Shown: positions 45,887 to 59,027 of the stretch, piece after piece | Numbering within the stretch: the stretch's first letter is position 1 | Layout: each line of letters starts with the position of its first letter | NCBI GenBank assembly: GCA_964016885.1 | Contig: OZ024743.1 | Location: 104,966,001-105,030,000, forward strand | DNA from: Eledone cirrhosa | Lineage: Eukaryota | Length of the DNA stretch: 64,000 nt | Direction of reading: 5' to 3' | Position numbers and translations under genes: made by a program | Notes under the pieces: generated by a model | Databases searched by the model: none | What the model was told of the DNA's origin: nothing | What the model saw: only the letters and a program-made list of their open reading frames with translations

Positions 45887-46395
45887 TAGGTTTCTTGGTG
45901 AGGAGGGTGACTTTGGACATCCTGCAGGACTAAAAACAAAACCTGTCAAAGAGTCAATGGCCATCCAAAATCACCGGGAGAGATGACCCCTTAGCCTTTG
46001 TAAAGGCAGAATTCTAGGAGAAGGAAAACTCTGATATAACACCTGCAACCCTGATGGTATCCAATGATGTTGACTTGTTCTTCTTTTTGGTAAATATCAT
46101 CTTGGTTAAGAGAGTGGGACTGGCTTTGTGCAGTGCCTTTGCTCACTATAAAAGCTTCACGGCACAGGCATTGCTTTATATCTGGAGATCTCTCTGCACT
46201 TGTCGTCACATGGAACCATGGGCCCAGCACTATGTGTCAATAATTGTCACAGGTGTAGTGTTTGTACCAGAGTTTTCAAGTAGCTAGCTGGACTAAAATG
46301 TCACACTCGTTCAGCGCATCGGTAGGAGTTCTCCCACATGGATATAAAGTAGTGGCCGTACTCGAAAACGAGTTGGCAGCCACTATGTATGTATG
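45887..46395 (+). repeat. ~500 bp non-coding retroelement ending in (TATG)n, possibly RTE-related
   Basis: Second copy at 27770-28153; CTAGGAGAAGGAAAACTC resembles RTE 5' regions (class is inferred). Confidence 0.6.
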
Positions 46396-47107
46396 TAAGT
46401 AACTTATGATGTTCTCTTAGTTACAACATGTGACACTTTTAAAACCTGGTCGAGCCCATTCCCACTCCAGATCTAAACATAGGTGATTTCCTCCAGGGAA
46501 AGGGAGAGAGGCGGTGGGAAAGTGAGGAAGAATCGATCTCAGTACCTGGCTGATACTTTTATTTTTATAAAGAAAGGCAAATTTAACCTAGGCGTGATGT
46601 CAACGCAGAACGCTGAGAGCCAAAACAGATATCACAATGTATTCTAGATGACATGGTAACGACTCACCACCGATTCTGGTTGAATAGTATGTTGATCCAT
46701 TTTCCTTAATTTGAAAACAAGATAGAAGATTCTTTAAGGTGTAACACACACGCACACATGTTTATAATATATCTGTATATATACAGAATAGAGGCAAGTG
46801 AGACTATTATGTACATAATGTTACACATTCAATGGGTAGGTATGAACAAATGGCAAATATACGTGTTATCATTTAGCATTATATCCTTACGGGGTCGATA
46901 AAATAAAGTACCAGTAATGCACTGGTTAATTGCTGGCCTTGTGCCTAAAGTAGAAACAATTATTTAAAATTTACAATTTACAGAAAATTATTTTCATTTG
47001 GCATGTCTACCCACTCAATGTGTTGAATGATTCACCCATTCACACTGTCTTACTGACCTCAATTCGGTGTAACTTTATCACATACTTCCGTTGCTCAGAG
47101 CACACCT

Positions 47108-47149
<42 letters not shown>

Positions 47150-47152
<3 letters not shown>

Positions 47153-47638
47153 ATGGGTGAGAAGAATACTGCTGGTTCCACATGGATAACATGTTATAAA
47201 ATGAGTCCCTCATCAGTGATTTACCAAACGATCATGGGTATTTCATCGCATTAAAAATCATATACCTCACGTTGGAGCGATAATAACTAAAATAAGTTAT
47301 TAGGACAATAGAAACGCGTAAAGCGAGTGAGACAAGTAAACAACACAGGGGGAAGCTAACCGAAGATGGAAATAAACACAAGCAACATAGTTATTCTTTC
47401 AGCATAAGCTGTGTGAATATATGAGCGAGTCAAAAACAGACCTTTCGCTAGTGAATCCGGTGTTAGAAAGAATGAAAACCGTTTTCCCAGCGAACGGGAG
47501 GAAAAAAGAAGGGGAGAAACAGGGACTGAGTGAGTGGGAGTGCGAGGAAGAGGTCAGTAGAGAGAAAGAGTTAACTGACACGGCAGAGGGGACGAAAGAA
47601 AGTAAGAGAAACAGAGAGAACGAGGGAGCAGTAAGAGA

Positions 47639-47640
<2 letters not shown>
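47150..47640 (-). mobile_element. Diverged subfamily member of the permuted-hammerhead family
   Basis: Colinear similarity with 54551-55221; motif at 47204-47266. Confidence 0.75.
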
Positions 47641-47700
<60 letters not shown>

Positions 47701-47704
<4 letters not shown>

Positions 47705-48227
47705 GTGACCCTGTACGCTTTTTGCGTGTAGGGATATATACTTTATTATTATTATCTCCTCTTGGTCGAGATACAATTTGGTCGTTCTGACTGCTGCTAT
47801 TTATAGTGGTAGTAGGCTGATCTCCCTGCCTCTGCTTCTATCTTTACACACGGCACTGGACAGAATTGCTTCCACATCATTCATTCTCATCTCGGGAACA
47901 ATTTTGAATAGCGCCAGTTCGTAATTTGAACTCGGGAATTTTATATTCTCCGAGAGAAAAGAACCTTCTGACGAGAGTTTATCTTTTCAATGGAAGGCCG
48001 CAAGGACTTTCCATTTATTTTTGAGACTCGAAACCGATTCGGTAAAGGTAACCATAGTGAGTACAGTGAATTTTTTGAAACTTATTTTGAAACTTTTCTT
48101 ATTTGCTAAACCTTGATTATATATGTTCTGGCTCGTTAATTTATTAACCTGCCATTGAACCACATTGGCATATGGTTGGACAATACATGAGTCCCTGGAA
48201 GCTTTTTGCGTGTAGGGATATATACTT

Positions 48228-48232
<5 letters not shown>
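47701..48232 (+). mobile_element. Retrozyme-like monomer, period 484 bp, inserted in (TA)n
   Basis: GCTTTTTGCGTGTAGGGATATATACTTTATTAT at 47717 and 48201; central hammerhead; no ORF. Confidence 0.8.
47963..48049 (+). ncRNA. Intact type I hammerhead
   Basis: ACCTT-CTGACGA-GAGTTT...AGACTC-GAAA-CCG-att-CGG-TA-AAGGT; stem II is extended by a GCAA-capped hairpin. Confidence 0.9.
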
Positions 48233-48287
<55 letters not shown>

Positions 48288-48298
48288 ATATATATATA

Positions 48299-48392
<94 letters not shown>

Positions 48393-48398
48393 CATACA

Positions 48399-48434
<36 letters not shown>

Positions 48435-48575
48435 TATATGCATATGCATATTATTCACAAAATACATATTACAATTGAAATATTGAAAAACATTCAGAAA
48501 CAGAGGAACTGATTAAATATATATATTTAAAAAAAAAATAAGACTCCAGTTGCATTTTCGATTTTATCTCTTTTT

Positions 48576-48664
<89 letters not shown>

Positions 48665-48788
48665 TAACAGATTAAAATAACACATTAAACTTTAATCTGT
48701 TATTTTAATATTTGCTCTAGGGTTCTTATATATTTGATATATATTTATCCTTATCGAGCCCTCTTTGGATTTTAGCCTTCTCATTTAA

Positions 48789-48821
<33 letters not shown>

Positions 48822-48822
48822 G

Positions 48823-49010
48823 GGTGGTGAATTGGCAGTATCGGTAGAGGGTTGGACGCCATGCTTTCTAGCATAGTTACGTCCCTTTACAGTCTGAGTT
48901 CAAATCCCGCCGAGGTTAACTTTGCCTTTCATCCTTACGGCGTCGATAAAATAAAGTACCAGTAATGTACTGGGTAATTGCTGGCCTTGTGCCTAAAGTA
49001 GAAACAATTA
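48823..49010 (+). mobile_element. tRNA-derived SINE family B, near full length
   Basis: Box A-like TGGCAGTATCGG, box B GAGTTCAAATCC, ending in AGAAACAAT(TAT)n. Confidence 0.88.
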
Positions 49011-49063
49011 TTATTATTATATATATTTATATATATATGTATGTATATTTATATATATATATG

Positions 49064-49097
<34 letters not shown>

Positions 49098-50024
49098 AAC
49101 GAAAAATCAGTGATGCATCTGGACTCACTTTATTGCGTGTTACAATTGTTTCGCCGGCAGGTAGCTCCAGAAATTGTCACTGTATGGATCTGGCTGATTC
49201 TACGGCTGCAGGTTCCTTCAGATACGGGTAATTCGTTCGGAGCAAATTTTATCACTGGGGTGTTATCATGTATGTATATGTGTGTGTTTATTTGTGTATA
49301 TATATGTATACAAGGTTGTGCGTAGGTATGTGTGCACGCACACACTCTCCCTCTCTTCCACAGACCCAGGCACACCCACTTCTAGATACCGACCACCACA
49401 AGCCTATTATCGCCTGCCTAAGTCGCGCCATATATCCGGTCCGAAACGCACGACCCACGCAAACATACACACATACACACACACATACGCGCACACACAA
49501 ACCTGCGCACAACCTTATATACATATACACATATACACACACATATACATACACATATATATATATTTATAAACATACACGCACATACATACAAAATACA
49601 CATACGTACACAAAATTACAAAATTACCGTAAAATAAAAATACATTATATAATAAAAAACACAATATACCATAAAATAACGGTAAAATAACGGTAAAATA
49701 ACATAACATAAAATATCAATATAGTATACAATATAATATATCTATATATCTATATATACATGCACACACATTCATACATACATATACGGATATATACAGT
49801 GGATATATGATAACATAATAAAAATAATAGTAATAAAATGCATATATAATCTACATATAATCCATCCGTACACATTCCTGTGAGATGTACGCAAACATAT
49901 ACATGTATACACAAATACACATACACATATATAGAGGCCCACATATGCATACACCCGCACCCACACATATATATACATACGCACCCACATACATACACAT
50001 ACTCATACGTAGCTATACGTACAT

Positions 50025-50074
<50 letters not shown>

Positions 50075-50819
50075 TCAGCCACATACGTACATACATGTAC
50101 ATGCATGCACACCCACGCGTTCATAAGCTCATGCATATACGTACACATGCACATATACACACCCCCATACACATCCACGTATATATATATCTAAATACAC
50201 ACATACATACATATACCTACGCACAGGTCTACACATAAAAACACACACATATAAACACAATAGAATAATAAAATAAAATAAATAAATTTACAATATTTTA
50301 GAATACATTAAAATCTGTATGTAACTTCACAAATAGATACATAAAAAAGGGGTAAATAAAAAACGGGGGAGGGGGGAGGTACAGGAGAAGGTATGTGTAT
50401 CCATGTGATATACCACACACAGGGAGTATGAGGTCCAAACTTAGGTCCGTATATAGAACAGGTAACAATAACAAAACAATAATGACAGTAATAATCATTG
50501 TTCCAAAGTGGAACATGTGGAGAGTATATAGTCACGATTGACGGGGTACACATTCAAGGGGACGCCTGGCCCGGTCACGATGGGTATGGCACCGTGGCTG
50601 GGGTGTGCTGTTCTATATGTTTGGGGTATCGGACCGGGCGACCGTGGGCCCCGTGTTAGCCGGTACGGCTTAGGCGATGTATCTGCCCAATGTTGCGTGC
50701 TCGGTCAGGTGCACCCCTGGTTTACATATGTTTGCCACACGGGTCGCACAATGTCATCAGGGCATGGCGTCAGGTCCCCTAATCCCGTTGGGCCTTTCGG
50801 GTCTGTGCGTACCCGTTCC

Positions 50820-51803
50820 CATGCCCCCGGCCTGCGCCACCCGGGGGATTCCATGCTGCAAATGTGCATCTTCTCTGGTGTCTGCAGGTCATGATAATTT
50901 CAGACTTCAGGTTGACCGCGTCATCTTTCAGTCTACTATCTCCATGGCCTCGTGTAGGCATAATCGGCACTTTCTACTTCCAGCCGAATATGCCCTCGCA
51001 TAGCGAACAATGCTCCATTCCAGGGCGTACGGAGTGCCTTGGTCTTTCAGGTCCCACACCAGGTCCGCTAACCTAGTGGAGTGCCTTTTGCTACGGTCCC
51101 TGAAGGAATTCGTGTGATTATACATCCACGATTTAAAGGTCGTGGATGATGCGCCGATGTAGGTGCGATGCGCATTTCGGATTGTAACCACACACTTGTA
51201 TATCAGGTCATTCGTCAGGAATTTTCCATGTAGGGGGCACTGGGTGCCCGCTCTGCAGTTACAAGTTCCGTTGTCAGTTCTTCCGCATCCGATGTCCGGG
51301 CCTCGATCTGTTATGGTCCTCTCAAGGTTCCCAGGGTGTTGTTCCGCCGACACTGTTGTCTCCCCTATGCCACTAGTTCCCTCTCGGCGTTGGACCACAT
51401 CACTTTCCGCTGGCGTTCTGGTCGCCTCGGGGGCTGGGTTGTCATTTGAGGGCCGGTCCCTGGGTGGTTCTCCGCGCTCCGAAAGACGGTCATTCTGTTG
51501 CCACGGTTGACGGCCAGTGTGCGCCATCTTCACCACGTTAGTTTTAGCCATGTAGTCGGCCATGTTAGGTGCTGTGGAGAAGGAAAACTTCACCGTGTGG
51601 CGGTTGAAGATTTTGTGGTACTTGTTCGTCGGCGGAAAGCACTCATCCAACGCTCGGAAATAAAGTCCTGGCACGTTGGTGCGTACATGTTTGGAGTAAG
51701 GCTCATTAAACCAAGTAACGGCCTTAGATCTGTTTCTTCGTGTGCGTGAAGTCGTGTTGGTGTGTCCTGGACCCGATGTCCGTCCTGTGCTCTGCCCAAC
51801 CAC
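50820..51803 (-). pseudogene. PLE C-terminal region (linker plus GIY-YIG), frameshift near 50930
   Basis: WFNEPYS..RTN, FP..KYHKIFNRHTVKFSFS, CNCR..CPL.G, IYKC..YIGAS..FK, CRLCLHE, then NLKSEIIMTCRHQ. Confidence 0.88.
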
Positions 51804-52474
51804 AATTACATCCCGTGTGTTGTCTCTATCTATTTGCCCGCTATGGGCGTCGGGGTTATGCCCTTCTGTTATAAAGTTACGTCATTCTATGTGGTCAGCT
51901 ATACATCTATTAGCCTTAGGTCTATGTGATACTGCTGTCGGTGCAGTACCACTACAACCAGGCTGGGTGTGCTCCCTGGCGTGTGCCCGGTCCGTATTTA
52001 TCGATGTCCTGTCCCTGGTCCCAGTTGCCGCGGACCATGCAGTCTGCGCTTGTGGCGGTCGGTATCTAGAAGTGGGTGTGCCTGGGTCTGTGGAAGAGAG
52101 GGAGTGTGTGCGTGTATATATATGTGTGGGGGGTGTGTGTGTCTACGCATGTATGCGTACATATGTGTATGCACGCATGTGTCTGTGTCTGCCTGTGTGT
52201 GTATATGTGTGTGTATATGTGTGTGTATATGTCTGTGTGGGTACATACTCTGGAGTGTGAAAAGACGTGTGAGATACCGAACCCAGCATCACTCCATTGA
52301 AGTGTGTCGGACGGAAAAGGGCTGATGACACGTGTAGCAGTAAATAGTGACCAGAACTTAAGATGACGTGGAGTAACAACAGCCAATGGCATGACAAGAG
52401 TGGAAGAAGTTTTTTGAAGGTTTTTCTTTTTATGATAACACCCAAGTGATAAAATTTGCTCCGAACGAACTACC

Positions 52475-52565
52475 CGTGTCTGAAGGAACCTGCAGCCGCA
52501 GAATCAGCCAGATCCATACAGTGACCATGTCTCGAGCTTCTTGCCGGCGAAACAATTGTAACACG
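52475..52565 (+). ncRNA. Minimal type I hammerhead variant (inverse copy at 49136-49226)
   Basis: CGTGT-CTGAAGG-(~60 nt)-GAAA-CAATTG-TA-ACACG. Confidence 0.7.
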
Positions 52566-52700
52566 CAATAAAGTGAGTCCAGATGCATCACTTATTTTTC
52601 GTTTTTTTATACTATCCACACTCTACTATTGAGTGCTAATTTTCGCATACTGCCTATGGAAGCACCATAGCTTCCATTATACACAAGTATATATATATAT

Positions 52701-53563
52701 ATACCTAATTGTGTATGGTTGACGGTATATTTAATCGATTTCCACGTGCTGTTGAAATGTTGGGTAAATATTCTATGGCAGTTGGTCGCGAAGAGATTGC
52801 TGTCGTTTATTTATCTACTATTTCTTCATAGGTAGCTTTTAATCTTATAGCCTGGTCTAATTGATTTTTTGTGTGGTTAATTATACTAATTGGGAGAGGA
52901 AATGGTGTATATATATTGTCAAATGATTCTATGGACATACTTTATAGTATATTGCTCTGATTATTTAATTTATTAATTCATCATTGAGCCACATCGTGAA
53001 TGGTTGCCAAAAGATATATAACTGTGACTTTGTCTAGTTTGTGTATATGTAAATCTTTATATTTAATAGTCTCCCATAAGGTTGAGATGCAATTTGGGCA
53101 ATATTGGGCTGCGCCTTCTAGCAACTAGCCCATTCGCCGTAAGCAACCAATCACATTCTTTCTGACTTGACCACTGCCACGTCACAGTTCTTAGCCATTT
53201 TGAATTCGTTTCTGGCGGAGATCACTTAAGAAAATCCTTTGTCCAAATGAGTTTGTTTCCTGATGAGTTCGAAGCTCGAGATTTTATCCTTAATAGGATA
53301 TTTCCGAAAGCGACGAAACCATAGGGTAGAAACGTGATCCTGGTATGTGTATATGCATTTTTTCTTCTAACTTTAATTTTATACCTAATTATGTATGGTT
53401 GACGGTATATTTAATCAATTTCCACGTGCTGTTGAAATGTTGGGTAAATATTCTATAGCGGTTGGTCGCGAAGAGATTGCTGTCGTTTATTTATCTACTA
53501 TTTTTTCTTAGGTGCCTTTTAATCTTATAGCCTGGTCTAATTGATTTTTTGTGTGGTTAATTA
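52701..53563 (+). mobile_element. Retrozyme-like monomer, period 680 bp, with ~183 bp terminal direct repeat
   Basis: 52701-52883 is repeated at 53381-53563; central hammerhead; rearranged fragment at 53843-53940. Confidence 0.82.
53255..53333 (+). ncRNA. Intact type I hammerhead
   Basis: GTTTC-CTGATGA-GTtCG...CGAC-GAAA-CC-atag-GG-TA-GAAAC. Confidence 0.9.
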
Positions 53564-53572
53564 AACTTTATA

Positions 53573-53830
<258 letters not shown>

Positions 53831-53954
53831 GTATATATATATATAAAGATTTACATATACACAAACTAGACAAAGTCACAGATATATATGTTTTGGTAAC
53901 CATATATTACCAAATGATTCTATGGGAACACTTTATAGTATATATATATATATA

Positions 53955-54026
<72 letters not shown>

Positions 54027-54032
<6 letters not shown>

Positions 54033-54488
54033 ATTAAATAAATGGAAACTATATTTATAAAACCATATTTATTTCATTATATATATTTCGGGGATAACAT
54101 ATTAACAATATGCTATGCCTTCCTCAGACAAAATACAATATAAACAGTTTTATAGATAAATAGATTCGACATACCGTCATAACACCGACTTCCATTTGAA
54201 GAGGTTTAAGCTGCCAGCTTAAACCTCTTCAAATGGAAGTCGGTGTTATAACGGTATGTCGAATCTATTTATCTATAAAACTGTTTATATTGTATTTTGT
54301 CTGAGGAAGGCATAGCATATTGTTAATATGTTATCCCCGAAATATATATAATGAAATAAATATGGTTTTATAAATATAGTTTCCATTTATTTAATATTGT
54401 AAATATACTCCAAATATTTGTCGAGTGCTTTTATATCAGTTATAAATATTTACTAGTTGTAACCCAACAATTTTAAATATAACTTTCC

Positions 54489-54490
<2 letters not shown>
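54027..54490. mobile_element. Palindromic pLTR-only insertion (arms ~187 bp, centre ~54214) with a tail to 54490
   Basis: Near-perfect fold-back 54027-54401; related to 35850-36082 and 16830-17065. Confidence 0.85.
54294..54357 (+). ncRNA. Minimal type I hammerhead (inverse copy at 54071-54134)
   Basis: ATTTTGT-CTGAGGA-agg-cATAGCATATT..AATATGTTAT-cccc-GAAA-TATATA-TA-ATGAAAT. Confidence 0.72.
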
Positions 54491-54520
<30 letters not shown>

Positions 54521-54550
54521 GTATCTATGTATATATATATATATATATAT

Positions 54551-55218
54551 ATGAGAAAAACGTGCTGCTAGGTTGCTAATGGGTTACATATGAATAAAGT
54601 TAGTCCTTCATCAGTGGTCTTCCAACCATCATTGGTATTTCATCGCTTTAAAGACCATATACCTCCGGTTGTTGCGAGCAACGGCTAAAAAAAGTCGCTG
54701 GGACACGTAAATAAAGGGAACACGAGTGTAGACAAACAAAAATGGTGAACCAACGAAAAGTGAGGAAGAAGGAGTCAAGTCCCAAATTTCTATTAATTTA
54801 AATTCGGTGAAATCGTGAACGAGAGAGAATAAAGACCATCAAACCTGGTTGGAATGTAAGCAAGGAAGGAATTCCGTACAGGTCTAACGGGAGGAAGAAG
54901 GGATCTAGTCTGTGATTTCGGTGAACGTAAGTTCTGTGAAATCGTAGACGAGAGAGAGAAAAAAAATGCGACCTGCCAGACCAAGGGTGCGAAAGAAAAG
55001 AATTCCGCACAGGTCAAACGGGAAGAAGGAGGAGGAGGAGAGGTAGTAACAGAGAATGAGTGAGTGAAGGGTGAGGAAGAGGCTAACAGAGAGAGTGACT
55101 GCTAGAGAGGGTAAAGATTCAGAGAAAGAGGAAGCAGTAAGAACGATAGAGACGTGTAACAGTGGGGAAAGAAATATGTGTAAATATGAGAAAAACGTGC
55201 TGCTGGGTTACTAATGGG

Positions 55219-55221
<3 letters not shown>
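54551..55221 (-). mobile_element. Complete monomer (period 635 bp) of the permuted-hammerhead family
   Basis: ATGAGAAAAACGTGCTGCT.GGTT.CTAATGGGTTA at 54551 and 55186; (TA)n flanks. Confidence 0.85.
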
Positions 55222-55259
<38 letters not shown>

Positions 55260-55334
55260 CGAAGAAATTGATGAAAGAGAAGCAAGTTGTTTAAATATAT
55301 TTATAAGAAACTCTTACACACGTTACGCCCACAT

Positions 55335-55376
<42 letters not shown>

Positions 55377-55843
55377 AAAATAACTGAAGCGACGTCCATG
55401 ATGATAAGATAGAAAGATAGATATATTGATGTAAGAGTAATATTCAGGAATAAGTAGTCATCAATCCAGAAGAAAAAGAATATCATTTTCCAAGGATTCA
55501 GGTTCGCTATACAAAAAAAAAAAATAATAATAACATATTTATTGCCTTTGTTATGATAGCTTAAAGGAAGAAAGTGTCGGAATTATGACTTATGTTTCAT
55601 GGCCTCTAGCATCGCTGCAGGCAATGAAAATAACTCTAGTTGTTCCAGCCTGAAGAAGTCAAAGACCTACAAACATGTTGCCTGAGGTTGATTTTACTAC
55701 AATCAAGTAATAAATATTAAGAGCCGTTTTGTTTATGTTGAAGTAGACACACACACTCACTCACACACACACACACGCATATATAAATATACATACATAT
55801 ATATATATATATATATATTTATACACGCATATATATATATATG

Positions 55844-55897
<54 letters not shown>

Positions 55898-55924
55898 TGA
55901 ATATAGAAATACATATACATATAT

Positions 55925-56051
<127 letters not shown>

Positions 56052-56128
56052 TACTGCAATACTGACTTTGACTTTTAAATCTATGTACACACACACACAC
56101 GCGCATACACACACACACACACACACCC

Positions 56129-56170
<42 letters not shown>

Positions 56171-57895
56171 GAATATAAAAATACATATACATATATACAT
56201 ATATATATATATATGCATATGTATTTATATATTCATGTATATATATGGTATATAAAATATATATATAAATAAATATACTTATATATATATATAATCTTAT
56301 TGTTTTTTATGAATATAATTATATACATAAATATCTATGTGAATGTATTTGTTCATTCTCAAGTACATAACATTTTATGAACAACAAGGTACAATGGCGT
56401 ATTTATTTCAATGTAGCCATGATATTGAAGCGACACCTCTGAAAATGTTCTCGAAGCGGAAGATAGACTTTGTTGATCAAACTTCGCTTTTGCCTGTCTC
56501 ATCCCAACCGTTGTGTGAAGTGTGAGCTAAACGAACATCACAAATATCACATGATTTGCTGTCACTTGGAGATCAGTTATGATTGTTTGCTGAAGTGGCA
56601 GCCGATGGGAGTGATGAACTACTGCGGAGATAGAAAACAACTTGGTACATATGTCAAGTAGTTTTCCCCAGTTGTTATTTTCTATAGTATTTTAGCTTGA
56701 GAACGTTCGATCTTGGTATTTTAAATGCTAAACATCTCGTCAGTTGAATGGAAATAACATTCCACGATAGAACGAAGTTTCCACAATAGGAAAAGAAAAA
56801 AGAAAAGCATTTAAATAAGAATTCTATTGTGAAAACTTTTAGAAATTCTGTGAAACATCATATAACTCTGTAAATGAGCCCCAGACGTTAACACAATATG
56901 TCTGCAATTAATAAAATGTATTTTAATATCCTCGAAATGTGACAAGTAGATGCCCTACGTTTTTTTTTTATAAGATCATTGAAAAAAAAAATTAAATGAA
57001 AAATCAAGGTTGACATCGAGGCAATATATATATATGTCGATGTGTACCAACTGGACAGCTGAATTGCCGCAGAGAACTGCATATTCAAATCCCAACATTT
57101 TACAGAATACTCAGGAAATATTTACTGTGTGGAATAGTCATTTCAAAACACAAAAGCTTTAACTTTACTTTATATTTTTCTGGGTGTCAAACTTTGAGAT
57201 CTGGTTACAATAGAACTGTAAGAGTGACCATGTCACTGACAGTATAACTAAAATTTTGATACAAAGAAATAAATGATAAATATAAAGTTAATAGTTTTTT
57301 GTTTATTTAAACAACAATAATGACTCTTCCACGCTGTAAATGTTTTAATTTCAAAACAAGGTCTCAGATCAATTTATTTTCTAGAAAAGTGTAACTCCGA
57401 AATCAGCAAAGAATATTTTACCTCTGACCATATAAAAGTAATTTCGGTGAATCGAGTGCGAAAATCTAGATTCGAAAATAAATTTGATTTCAAGTCCTAT
57501 GATATTATTGACTCCATTAGTATAGGTACAGAAGGGAAAGAATGTAACGGCGGCTCCAGCATATTTTTAAATAAGAAAAAGATTAAAAAAAATGTATAAT
57601 TGAATAGACTTTATTCTACGCTCTAACATTTCAGTCGACTTACAGCTTTCTAGTTTGCAGTCATAATGATTTCATAGATTGAGACGGGATCACATACTTG
57701 CAAATATATATTTGTTTGTATAGTAAATTAAATATACGACGGATAATTACTTTATTGATCGATCCCAGAGAGATTAAAGGCAAGTTTAGCCTTTTATTAC
57801 ACACATACACACACACCACACACACACACACCACACACACCACACACACGCACACACACACACATACACACACGCATAAACAGACACACACTCAC

Positions 57896-57933
<38 letters not shown>

Positions 57934-58924
57934 ACACGCACACACACGCACCCCCCACACACAGATACATATACATTGAAAAAAAATCAAAGGTTAGAAA
58001 ATCAAAGAATTGCGTACAAATTACATTTTATAGATAATATAATAATATAGATTTGAAGAAACATCTAATGTTTTTATATACGTAAAATTTCAAGCCAAAA
58101 TGAAAAGAAATTAGTTTATACTAAATAAATCATATTTCGCTTGAAACATATTATAGGTGGGTTTGCAATTGTAGTCATAATGATCTAATAAGATTTTGTA
58201 CTAACCGGTTTCACTTTGAGTAGAATTTCAAAGTTGTGCTGGTGTTGAATATATTTTACACTTGGTGCTATGCGTCACTTACATCCTTTTTTAGAAAAAG
58301 GACACAACCGGTTATATCATTGTGGTTGCTTACGTTGACAATGAAAAATAAATCCTCGCATTACCCAGGTGTTTTATAACATGTGTGTCTATGTATGTGT
58401 ATTTGTGTGTGTGCGTGCATTGTTTTTTGCATGCATATGTGTATGTGTGTGTATGTGCGTGTATGCGTGCGTATATCTTTACAAATGCATGTTATCATAG
58501 ATACACAAACCTTACAAAAATTCTCACTTTCCTGTCACTGCACATGCATAAGAACAACACACATATATGCTGGATAGTCTCTGCACATATAAAACGTACA
58601 GGATATAAAAATTTCAGTTCCACGTTGAACTTCCTGATGTGTTTCAATAAATCTTTAACAAAATAGAACGTTTTATTTTTTAAAAACATTGTTTAACACC
58701 ATGATTGCCTCCCTTAGGACAGACCCCCCCCCCCCAAATTAAACTACAGAAGTAAACAAAATCTCCAAAGCAATTCATGATTGATGTAGACCTAACGAAC
58801 CATTTGCAATAATGGGGTCCATCTACTGAACATCCAGTATGTAATACATCTAACATTTTAAGAAAATGTATGCCTAGTTTACCATATATTAAAATATAGA
58901 ACATCAAAATTTACATATAGAGGG

Positions 58925-58970
<46 letters not shown>

Positions 58971-58973
58971 ACA

Positions 58974-59024
<51 letters not shown>

Positions 59025-59027
59025 TCC

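Larger units (their letters stand above)
49097..52690. mobile_element. 5'-truncated Penelope-like element with inverted pLTRs
   Basis: 49097-49258 is inverse to 52445-52604, and 49340-49402 is inverse to 52048-52108; endonuclease ORF on minus strand. Confidence 0.88.

Noticed and set aside
45890-46030. HDV-like ribozyme in the RTE-like 5' region
   Set aside because: Hairpins exist (GGTGACTTTGGA/TCCAAAATCACC, GCCTTT/AAAGGC), but I could not assign P1.1, P3 or the catalytic C
55646-55684. Hammerhead at CTGAAGA (similar case at 36623-36683)
   Set aside because: GAAA is replaced by CAAA or GAAC and stem I is weak; at most decayed relics, so not listed as features
56340-58900. Host exons in the unique AT-rich stretch
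   Set aside because: Short ORFs with no recognisable domains or convincing splice pairs; cannot be supported without RNA data
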